Of a DNA stretch of 56,474 nucleotides, positions 18,152-28,600 are shown one piece after another. Location: contig CBDDUX010000024.1 of assembly GCA_965234725.1 (NCBI GenBank), forward strand, positions 1 to 56,474. Direction: 5' to 3'. Each line of letters starts with the position of its first letter. The first letter of the stretch is position 1. This DNA comes from Thermoplasmatota archaeon. Its GTDB lineage: Archaea > Thermoplasmatota > Penumbrarchaeia > Penumbrarchaeales > Penumbrarchaeaceae. The translations under genes and the position numbers were made by a program. A model generated the notes under the pieces. That model was not told the origin of the DNA and made no database searches. It saw nothing but the letters and a program-made list of their open reading frames with translations.

Positions 18152-19144
18152 GTGCTAGCGGTCCAGGCCCCGATGTCCAAGACAAACAAGGGATCGAATA
18201 AGAACAGGAAACGTATGACACCTGCCATTATTCGCCTTGTTGTAAGGGATTATCTTCTGATGACCCTCGGTTGTGCCATAATGTCCCTGGGACTCCTGTG
18301 GTTCCTGGAACCCTACCAGGTGACAGCTGGCGGTGTTTCAGGAATATCGATCGTTCTGAAGAATACTCTGAACCTTCCACTTGGATTGACCATGCTTGCC
18401 ATGAACGTTCCTCTCTTCCTGGTCAGCCTCAAGGTCCTTGGGAGAAGGTTTGGAATAAGGACCCTTTTTGGTTTCGTGATGTTCTCGGTCATGGTAGATT
18501 TCATTGACCAGATCATCTATGGCATCCTCCTGGATTCACAACCCTATCTACTAAGTGATCCATCCAATATCGATGTCCTGAAGGACCTTGACCCTCTGCT
18601 TGCGGCGATCTTCGGTGGATTACTTTTAGGAGCAGGTTTAGGATTGGTATTCAGAGCACAGGGATCCACTGGAGGATCCGACATCATAGCCCAGATGGCA
18701 GTGAAATACAAGATAAGTACTGCTGGACAGGCATTCATGGTCTTTGATTTCCTGGTCATCTCTTTCGGCGCTGTTGTATTCGGCAATATAGGCTATGCTC
18801 TGATCGGTTTCGTGGCATTGTTCGTGTCATCAAAAACGGTCGACATCCTTGTGGAAGGGCTTGGAAACACAAAAGGCCTCTACATTATCTCGGATGAGTG
18901 GAGGACAATCAAGGACAGGATCCTTGATGAGATCGATAGAGGGGTTACGGTCCTCCACGGTGAGGGGGGGTTTTCAGGTAATGACAAAGAGATCCTCTTC
19001 TGCGTTGTCACCAGAAGGTCAGTTTACAAGGTCAGGCAGATAGTCGTTGATGAGGACCCCAAGGCCTTCATGGTCGTATCCGACCTGCATGAGGTCTATG
19101 GTCTGGGATTCAAACCTCAGAGAGAGGTTGAGACACCTCTTTGA
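18152..19144 (+). CDS. YitT-family membrane protein (DUF161/DUF2179)
   Basis: GGVSGISI, NVPLF, GAGLGLVF...GSTGGSDIIA, D..VI, and C-terminal 'RGVT...G.GGFSG..K..L.CVV...DPKAF....EVYG.GF'; start codon uncertain. Confidence 0.9.
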   Translation: MLAVQAPMSKTNKGSNKNRKRMTPAIIRLVVRDYLLMTLGCAIMSLGLLWFLEPYQVTAGGVSGISIVLKNTLNLPLGLTMLAMNVPLFLVSLKVLGRRFGIRTLFGFVMFSVMVDFIDQIIYGILLDSQPYLLSDPSNIDVLKDLDPLLAAIFGGLLLGAGLGLVFRAQGSTGGSDIIAQMAVKYKISTAGQAFMVFDFLVISFGAVVFGNIGYALIGFVALFVSSKTVDILVEGLGNTKGLYIISDEWRTIKDRILDEIDRGVTVLHGEGGFSGNDKEILFCVVTRRSVYKVRQIVVDEDPKAFMVVSDLHEVYGLGFKPQREVETPL

Positions 19145-19200
19145 CCATCTCTCCACCCAATCAAAAACGATATAATCGATCATCGACCTCAGAGGGCAAT

Positions 19201-20622
19201 ATGAGGGTGGAGGTACGGGAAAGGCCCTATGATCTTTATACCGTTCTTGCAGCCTCGACCCTCCTTGTTTTGATAATTGTCGTCAACGAGATCTCCGGGC
19301 TGGAGATACAGGCCTTAAGGGTCATCCTTGGACTGCCATTCATCCTGTTCATTCCCGGTTACGTCCTTATCTCAGCTCTCTATCCGGAGAAGAAGAGATA
19401 TTTCAACAGGGACGGATCCCCCATTTCAAAGGAGGAATGGGAGAGACTTGTGGAGGATAAGGACGAAGGTGATGAGGGGTCCAAAGATGATGAATTGCCT
19501 GACGGCAAGGGACTTGACGGACTTGAAAGACTGGCCCTCTCCCTCGGACTATCGATTGCCATCACTCCTTTGATCGGTCTGGTCCTGAACTACACTTACG
19601 ATTGGGATCCAGATCATCTGGGGATCAGACTCCTTCCGGTCCTGTTTTCCGTATATGCTTTCATCCTGATCACAGGGATCGCCGCCGTGGTCCGCAGAAA
19701 CAAGGTCCCCCTGGAGGACCGCTTCGAGATCGTGATCGACATAACTATACCAAAGGATTATTCGACAATGGACAAGGTCCTAACCGTGGGGATCGTTGTG
19801 ATGATGATCGCATCGGTCTCACTCCTGATCTATATCATTGTGGTGCCGAGAGAGGGAGAGGCTTTCACAGAATTCTATATACTGGGTCCTTCAGGAAAGG
19901 CAGAGGGATACCCCAGGAATATCCACATCCAGGAGGAGAAGTTCCTTCTGATAGGTGTGGGCAATCATGAACATAAGAGAACAAATTATACCCTGGTCCT
20001 GACCATAGATGGAAAGGCCGGCAATTCCACGGTGGATTCCCTTGACCATGTTACGATATCGAGGACCGCACAACCAAGTATGGAGATATCGGTGGGAGAT
20101 GGAAAGACCCTGGAGATCCCATGTAATTTCTCCGTACTCGAAACAGGCGCCTACAAGATGAGGCTCCTCCTTTTCAGGAATGGAAAGGAATACAGGGACC
20201 TGCATATCTGGATCAAGGTTTTCTCTGCAAATGGATTGAAGAGATCTTCCTCCGGAGATGTCGAAATGTTCATAACAGGTCCGGGGGGGGATCCTTCGAC
20301 CATACCCGGATCGATCACTTCTGGCCAGGTCCTTGAAATGGGGATCGGTGTGAGGAACCTCGGGAACGAACCTTTGGACATCGGTCTGTCACTCAGATCG
20401 GGTATTGGTGGATCGAGGACTGAGATCACTTCCATGAACGGGACCATCATCCTGGAACATGGAAGGGAATACCTGTTCGAGATCCATGTGAATGCAACCT
20501 CTTCCCTGGATGTTCTTCCAGTCCATTTGCTGCTCCCTGACGGCGATGATCCCCTGTCGTTCTCATTTATTTTGGACGGGGAAACGGTCACCCTGACAAA
20601 GACCATCAAAGTGGGGGTATGA
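19201..20622 (+). CDS. DUF1616-family membrane protein
   Basis: LRVILGLPFILFIPGY.L..ALYP, LERLALSLGLSIAI, EAFTEFYILG..GKAEGYP, GVGNHE; ATG at 19201 preferred over the ORF-track TTG at 19141. Confidence 0.85.
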   Translation: MRVEVRERPYDLYTVLAASTLLVLIIVVNEISGLEIQALRVILGLPFILFIPGYVLISALYPEKKRYFNRDGSPISKEEWERLVEDKDEGDEGSKDDELPDGKGLDGLERLALSLGLSIAITPLIGLVLNYTYDWDPDHLGIRLLPVLFSVYAFILITGIAAVVRRNKVPLEDRFEIVIDITIPKDYSTMDKVLTVGIVVMMIASVSLLIYIIVVPREGEAFTEFYILGPSGKAEGYPRNIHIQEEKFLLIGVGNHEHKRTNYTLVLTIDGKAGNSTVDSLDHVTISRTAQPSMEISVGDGKTLEIPCNFSVLETGAYKMRLLLFRNGKEYRDLHIWIKVFSANGLKRSSSGDVEMFITGPGGDPSTIPGSITSGQVLEMGIGVRNLGNEPLDIGLSLRSGIGGSRTEITSMNGTIILEHGREYLFEIHVNATSSLDVLPVHLLLPDGDDPLSFSFILDGETVTLTKTIKVGV

Positions 20623-20625
20623 TCT

Positions 20626-22044
20626 GTGGGGAGTCGATTCACCTATGTTAGCAGGACCATTGTCGGAGTGGTCGTCTTCATCTTTCTCTCAGCTTACATG
20701 TTCCAGAACACCTTAATGGCCCTTTCAGGAGCTTTCATCCTCCTCTATCTAGCTTACAGGAGAATGGAATTCCACTCCCTTGCAAGGAGGGTCGGCCTGG
20801 AGGTGGAAAGGAAGCTTCTTGAGGATGTGGTCCACAAGGACTCGGTTTCCGCAGTGAGATTAAAAGTTACAGCCAGGGAAACAATAGGAGTGAGGATCAC
20901 AGAAAAACTTCATCAGAGCTTTGTACCCGGTTCGGGAGATAGGTTCCTTGAGGGTCTGGTCCACTCTGATCGTCCCCTATCAATGGTCTATTCAATGACG
21001 CCCATGGAGAGAGGATATCTCAAATTCCCACCACTGAAGGTCAGCATCAAAGAAGCAAGAGGGCTTTTCGAAAAAGATATGATCTTCCCGGTGGAGACCG
21101 AGGTATTCGTCAGAGCCTCGAAGAAGGACATCTCCATGGCCCGCCTGATGTCTAGGAGAAAGCAGTTCGAGATCACTGGACCTGCGAACCAGAGACATAC
21201 ACGAACCTACAGGGCGGACTTCAAATCCGTAAGGGAGTACATCCCCGGAGATAGGTTCAGGGACATTGACTGGAAGGCCATGTCCAGGTTGACGAGGATG
21301 ATGACGAAGGAATTCGAACAGGAAACCAATCTTCCTACGATGATCATGGTGGACACCTCTCTCTCCATGAGGGAGGTTGTAAGACAGAGGTCCAAACTGG
21401 ACCACACTATAGCCCTTGCATTACAGGTTGCTATAGTATTGAACTCCAATGGTCACCCGATCGGACTCATGACCTTTGACGAGAACAAGGTGATCGGGCA
21501 TCTGTCCCCTGGCAAGTGTGAACTTGATGACATTGTCCTTGCCCTCTTCAAACTTCCAAATCCCGTGGAGACCGGGGATTACCCTGGATTGCCCATAAGT
21601 TCCATCCAGGAGCCAGTGGAAGGTGAAAAGGAGTTCCTATCCTCGATCGGACCATTCCTGGTCCAGGGGAAGCGGACAACATTTACACGGGACAGGACGA
21701 CCGGGATCTTCGAGGCCATGAGGAACCTTGAAATGACAGAGGAATCCGGAATGTTGATCATAGTTATCTCGGATCTTGAAACGAACAGGACCTCATTTAT
21801 CAGGTCCATGCAGATGGCTGCAAAAAGAAAGCACCGGGTGGTCCTGGTCTCACCATTCTCCTGGCCTTATCATACGGAATCCGAGGACCTGACAGCGGAA
21901 AAGCTTGAGAAGATCTACCTGGATTCTCAGGAGAAGCAGGGATTGATAAGGTCACTGAGGGCAGGTGGTGTGAAGGTAATAGATATCGGATCAAGGGAAA
22001 GGGGAGAGAAAGTCATATCCGGAATAAGGAGGTTGAGCCAATGA
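20626..22044 (+). CDS. DUF58-family (vWA-like) protein with N-terminal TM helices
   Basis: DFKSVREYIPGD.FR.IDWKA, TKEFE, MIDAS-like VDTSLSM, later ISD. Confidence 0.88.
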   Translation: MGSRFTYVSRTIVGVVVFIFLSAYMFQNTLMALSGAFILLYLAYRRMEFHSLARRVGLEVERKLLEDVVHKDSVSAVRLKVTARETIGVRITEKLHQSFVPGSGDRFLEGLVHSDRPLSMVYSMTPMERGYLKFPPLKVSIKEARGLFEKDMIFPVETEVFVRASKKDISMARLMSRRKQFEITGPANQRHTRTYRADFKSVREYIPGDRFRDIDWKAMSRLTRMMTKEFEQETNLPTMIMVDTSLSMREVVRQRSKLDHTIALALQVAIVLNSNGHPIGLMTFDENKVIGHLSPGKCELDDIVLALFKLPNPVETGDYPGLPISSIQEPVEGEKEFLSSIGPFLVQGKRTTFTRDRTTGIFEAMRNLEMTEESGMLIIVISDLETNRTSFIRSMQMAAKRKHRVVLVSPFSWPYHTESEDLTAEKLEKIYLDSQEKQGLIRSLRAGGVKVIDIGSRERGEKVISGIRRLSQ

Positions 22045-22556
22045 TCAGATATCTGATAATACTCTATCTTGGCCTGGTTTCCGTAATACTTGTAGACCCC
22101 AATCCACTTTATGCCGTTCCCTTGGTCCTTGTTCTCATGTCCTTCATGTTCGATCTCAGGTGGTTGGGCATCCTTGGCATTCTGGGTTACTCATTGATCA
22201 CCATCGGACGTCTGGGGGGGATTGACCTTACGGATATCTGGTCCCTTCTCTTATATACCATCCTTGTGATGGTCCCTATGGTGATCCTGTTGGAGATAGT
22301 GCTCTCCCCCTCCCCCTATAGATTAGAGAGGATATCGATTGCACCAATGATGATATCGATCGGGATGGGATCCGGATTGGTCCTGGTCCTTCTGGTCCTT
22401 TCAAGGATCCAGAGGATCGGTGTATATCTGAACTCCGATCCGGTCCTTCAGGTATTCATTCTGATGGCACTGTCAATATTTTTCTTCGGGCCTCCGCTCC
22501 TTGGAACAGGCCAGGGAGCCAGGATATCTGGTAAGGACACCACCGACCATTCTTAA
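22041..22556 (+). CDS. Hypothetical polytopic membrane protein
   Basis: 171 aa, almost entirely hydrophobic helices; ATGA overlap with the DUF58 gene. Confidence 0.7.
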   Translation: MIRYLIILYLGLVSVILVDPNPLYAVPLVLVLMSFMFDLRWLGILGILGYSLITIGRLGGIDLTDIWSLLLYTILVMVPMVILLEIVLSPSPYRLERISIAPMMISIGMGSGLVLVLLVLSRIQRIGVYLNSDPVLQVFILMALSIFFFGPPLLGTGQGARISGKDTTDHS

Positions 22557-22669
22557 ATAAATACAAACGAATAAGTAAGAGAAGTTTATTCGGGCATCTC
22601 AATAGTGCGAGGTATCCCTCTTTCTAGAGGAACTGGCACTGTTGACCTCAGTATAGCAGGTGAGTTTAA

Positions 22670-25600
22670 ATGGCTCGCAGGGCACGATCTAAAGGATCCC
22701 GGAATAGGACCGCAAGGGATAAAAAGGTCCAAAAGACCAATGTTGTCTCGGATCCTACAAAAACGACCATAGATACTGTCAAGAAGACGCCCCAGAGTCC
22801 AGGAAAGGAGAAGGAGGCCAAGAACGTTCCGAAAGCATCAAGGCTTTCCGAATGGTGGAGGCAGAACCAGAATACTGTCTTCATACTTCTCGGTATAATG
22901 ATTATGGCCTTCTTCATAAGGGAGTATTTCTACTACAAGATCTCTTTTAATGCCTGGCCTCCCAATATCGTGGGAAATGATCCCTCATACCACAAGAGGG
23001 TCATTGACTTCGTTCAGGAGGATCTGCATCATATTCATGTGGACGGTCTTTTAAACTACCCTATCGCAAATGTCGATCCAAGACCACCTATATTCGACTG
23101 GTCCATTGCAATAATGGGATTTGTCATATCACCCCTATTCGGGTTCAATGTTGGTGCATCGACCTGGTATGTCTATCAGTTCGCCCCCACAATCTGGGGA
23201 GTCCTGACCCTTATCCCAGTCTATCTCCTTGGCAAGGAGGTATTCGGAAGGAAAGCAGGGCTCATGGCAGCCTTCCTGTTGGCCATCACCGCTTCACATA
23301 TCGAACGGTCCACACTGGGGTTCACTGACCACGATTCTTTCGTAGTATTCCTTGTGGTCATCACCATGTTCTTCCTTTCGAAATCGTTCTCTGTCCAGAA
23401 GGAACGTAATTACATATCTGATTGGAGAAAACCAAACAGTGTGGTTCTTGGTTTCAGGACATTCCTTACCGAGAACAAGCAGGCAATGTACTATGCAGCC
23501 CTTACAGGTGTTACCATGGCTGCTATCTCCCTCACATGGGAGGGTTACGCCTACGTACTGGCCATACTTCTGATATTCTACCTTATTCAGTTGCTTCTAC
23601 ATAGGTTCAGGAACGAGGATTCCCTTGGAACGTTCATGGTAATGTACACAGCAATGGGTCTGGTCATATTGATCTCACTTCCATATTATTTCACCTTCTC
23701 CATTGCAACCTGGAGTCAGGGATTCTACATCTTCCTCGCCATGGCCATGCTGGGCCTATTCATAGTCCCTACGAGGGACATGCCCTGGTTGATCGTCATC
23801 CCGACATTGGGATTGTTCCTGGCAGCATCGTATGCCATTCTCAGTTTCGGGTTCCCTCAAACAGCTGACCTCCTGTTCACTGGCGGAGGTTATTTTGTCT
23901 CAAATAAATTGTACAATACCATCGCAGAAGCCCAAGCACCGGAACTATCAAGATTGGTTTTCACCTTCGGACCAGGAACCTTCTTCCTTGGACTTATCGG
24001 CGTGGTAATGGCATTCGTCAAGATACCCAAACTGATGAGAAAGGACTACATGGTCATTGTGATATGGACAGCAGTTGCCATATTCATGGCAATGTCCGCC
24101 ACAAGGTTCAACATCAATGCCACTCCGGCATTCGCCCTCCTTGCGGGATGGGCCCTAGTTGAAGCTGTCAAATGGTTAAAAGCTGGTGATCTGGCCATTT
24201 TATACTCCATTATCGGAGTATTGATACTTCTGTTCGGTCTTGGTATCGTTTATGAGGGATGGTCCGGACCTGTCATCGGAAACTACATGCTGATATCCAT
24301 CGGCGGAACCGTCCTGGTTTCCCTCGGGATCTTTGCATTCATGAAATACAGGAAGCGCAGGGAATGGTTCAAGTTCAGAAAGTTGATCGCAGGGATCACG
24401 GTCGGTTTCCTGATAATCATGCCTAATGTCTTCTTCGCAGTTGATGCCGCGATCCCCATCGAGAGCAAGGCCGATTTCGATCCTGACCTTGAATACCTCG
24501 GCTCTTTCGGGTCATCTCTTCACAGTGAATACTGGATGGATTCCTACCAGTGGCTTGCACAGCAGGACCTGATCAAGGATGGCGAATATCAGGACCCCGA
24601 GGATAGACCAGCCTTTATGAGTTGGTGGGACTACGGATTCGATGAACTGCTTCTTGGTAAACATCCCACTGCCGCTGATAACTTCCAGAACGGATATCAG
24701 TTCACAGGGTCCATGATAGCATCCCAGAATGAGACAGAGGCAATAGCCCTTATGTCCCTGAGACTCCTCGAGGGTGATTATTTCGGATGGGCGAATGGAC
24801 GGCAGGCAAAATTCTCAGATGAAGTTTGGGATGTCCTTGTTGACCATCTGGGTTCCAATAAGAACTCCAGCTACTCTGCAGAGGCACTCAAGCATATTTT
24901 CAAAAGGCCCGGGAAATACATAGACCTTATCGACGAGAATCCAGATGTTTATGGAAAATACAAGGAGATCACGATCCCCAATGCCAGGTATGCAGCTGGA
25001 AGGGTTCTCCTTACCAATCTGGGTGAGGAAAGTGTGGTGGACCTCTATAAGGACCTTATCACGGTCACTGAGAAATCCTTGAGATATTTCGCAGTGGATT
25101 ACAGGCTTTTCCCATTCAGTTCCACTAACACCGGTATCTTCTATGCACCTATCACGTTGGCAGATAAGAGTGTGGATGATTATCTGGAGTACAAAGTATA
25201 TGCACAGGAAAATACCAGAGGATCCAACCAGGACCCGGTCTGGACCGATTATCCGGATAATCCTATCTCCATGGACAAGGCCGAGGAAGAGTCCAATAGA
25301 CTGGGATACAAGTTCAGGATAACCAATTATGAGATGTTCTACACTGACCAGTTCTATAACTCCATGTTCTACAAGACCTATATCGGATGGGGCCCCGAGG
25401 ATGTGGGCGCTGTGAACGATGGAAAGGCAGTTCCGTCGATATCCGGGGACCTACAAAGGATGCCTGCGATGCAGGGATGGAATATGAGCCACTTCAAACT
25501 GGTCTACAGGACAATGTACTACTCGACCAAGGATGATGGCAATGCAACATTCCCTGATGATTATGAGGCCATGAACTCCCCCGAAGCCCTGGACCGTTAT

Positions 25601-28600
25601 TATGAGAAGGGCGGAGATATTAAATCTGGTCTTGGCCAGGGAACAAGCTACCTAAAATACTATCATGGGGCAACTCTGACTGGAAGAGTGAGAACCGAAA
25701 GGGGGATCGGAGTTCCAAATATCAGAGTGACCATTCTGGATGATTTCGGAATACCGCATGGTAGTGTCATTACAGGTCCAAATGGGCAGTATGATCTCCT
25801 TGCCCCTCCAGGAGATGTCACCATCGTGGTATCCACTGGAGAACTCGTGAATGAATATGACAAGCTCTACCAATTCCAGGTGGATCAATCCACCGGGCAA
25901 CCGATGAACGCCATCAATACCACCTCGTTCAAGGTCTCGGATGACCTTGCAATGAGGATCGTTGATGATGGCAAGATGGAAAAGGACTTCGTTGTAAGCG
26001 GGGTCACCATGACAGGCAAGGTCTACTGGGACACCAATGATGATTCAAGTTACACAGATGGAACTGACACCCTCCTATCAAAGGGATCGATCACCTTTAT
26101 CCACCAGGACCGTGAAACCCTTACCTACGGACCTTATGAACTTGATGAAACAGGTCAATACAGGTTCTCCGATCTTGTAGTTGGAACATACGATGTCCGC
26201 TACGATCTGGGAACCAAGTCAGAGACACTGCTTTCCAGCTTCATCATCGATACTCAGACAACTGGAACCAAGGATATCAGACTTGACCGTACCGAGATAA
26301 ATGGTACGGTAAGGTACATCAATGGAGAGGTAGCTTCAAACACTACACTTATTCTCAAAGGTAAAGATGGTGGTAGGACAGAGATACCGGTTGATTCCCA
26401 GGGAGAATATTCCATTAAAGAGGTATTCCCAGGGATCTATGATCTGGTCTTTGACAGTGATCTATACTATCACACACCGATCAGCTTCTCCATTGGTCAA
26501 GCCGATTCCCTGACCTACAACATAACCCTCATTCCGGGTGGAAGTCTGACCGTCAGGACAAGATACCAGGGAGGCCAGGTATCTGGAAGCAACATTGGAA
26601 AACTTGTACCTGGTGCTGTTGTGTCTGTTATCCTTCGCAACAACTCTACCAATATTTGGACGGAGACCACCGATGCAAGCGGTGAAGCAAAGTTCTTCCT
26701 ACCCATCGGAGATTACGACATTCAGGTCTACTCCATAGAGAGGGATTTTATCTATGCTTACATGGGAAAGCTATTCCTCTCTTGGAATGATGACTATCTG
26801 GTTGCTGCTTCCCTTGAACCCGGTTTCAGAGTTAGTGGAACCTTGACCAAGTTGGTGAATAACCCTCACAACTCCACTGAGATCAAGTTCATAAGGTCAA
26901 ATAAGGGACTTATTGGACATTCCTTCTCGAACATCGGTGGTGAATATTCGATTTACCTCCCCAAAGACTCTTACAATGTGATATTTGATAATAGGACCAC
27001 ATCCAATGTCTCATATTACCACATGCAGCAACTGGAAGATCCGGGAGCTATAAACGATGTAGCACTTGACATCTGGACTCCCAAGACTGTGAATGTGAGT
27101 GGAAGGGTTTTCTGGGACAAGGATGGAAACGGCAGGTTCAGTGCGGATGTCGACCCTGAAGAATCCCCGAATCTTCCCATTGAATTGGGCCTTCAGGATA
27201 TTGTTGTCCTCTTCAAATACCAGAATGGAACCATCAGGGCAAAGACCGATTCGGATGGTCTCTATTCACTTGAGGTACCTCCAGCGGATTACCAGATCGA
27301 GGTCCAGGTGGCAGGATATGATGATTTCACGCGTGACCTCACGGTGGAGGACACGGCCGAGAACGTCAACATGGGAATTAATGATATCAACCTCATGCTT
27401 TCTGCCAAGAACAGGATGGTGGAACTGGATGTGTTCTACAGCTATTATGGAAAGGATGAGATCAAGAATATCTCCTTAAATGAATTCGAGGTAAGGCTGA
27501 TATCCGGTGAGGCACACCTTGGTGATCAACAGTGGAGCTACATAACAGATGAGGATGGCAAGGTCTACCTTGAGGCCATCCCTGGCGAATACATTCTCCA
27601 GGGTGGAGATGATTACTACTCCAATGGTCTGAAACATCTTATCTCCCTTAACCAGATCATCAACATTGAACCAGGCCAGGACACCCAAATACTGTTGCTT
27701 AAAACAGACCATCTGATAGAGATGAAGGGTACCTTCTTCCTTACTGAAAATGAACTTAAAAGATATCCTGCAGAGATGTCGGTAAACCTTCTACCCATCA
27801 AGGGAGAAAGGATCACACTGGAATCTTATACCACAGATTTCAATGGAAGGTTCCAATTCACAGTACCACTGGGAGATTATATCCTGGAAGCCCATAGGGA
27901 TAGGATCGTAGCCCATTACATGTTCTGGGATGTGGTCTCATTTGATAACGACCTTGGCGAGGACATATACGAGATGGACGAAGCTATTTCCGTCGAGGGC
28001 GACATAGTACCAGCCTTTGATAATGTGAAGGACTCGAACATATTTTTCGAGGATGAAAGTGGTCGTTGGATATCCACTGGCATCGGTGCTTCCGGCCATT
28101 TCTCACTGTTCCTCTTCCCTGGTGATTACAATGTGATCTACAGTTTCCAGACAGAGGAGAACTCCGGGAATGGGGGTTACCTGATACAATACCTCTATGA
28201 TGAGAATATCTCGATCCCTGAACCTGTATACGGACTCGAGATCGAACCGGAGAAGTACCTGGGACTTCAAGGTGCCGTATATCATGACATCAATGACGAT
28301 AAGACGATCCAGGAAAACGAAAGGATCCCATTCGCCAATATCACCCTCAATCCATTGAACAACGACCTTCCACCTCTGAAGGTCATAGCCAATGAAGCAG
28401 GTGATTACAACGCTCTGGTCCCCTTGGACAGAATAGAGGTCACGGTGAACATCGAAGGATATCAATCCCTGCCAAGGGAGGACCTTAGGTTCTTCGATCT
28501 TCTGGATGATCCTCTTGCATTCAGGGATATTGCAGTCCTTCCCAATGAAATTACGGTCGAAGGGACCCTTTTCTTTGATCAGAACAGGGATGAGGTCGCA

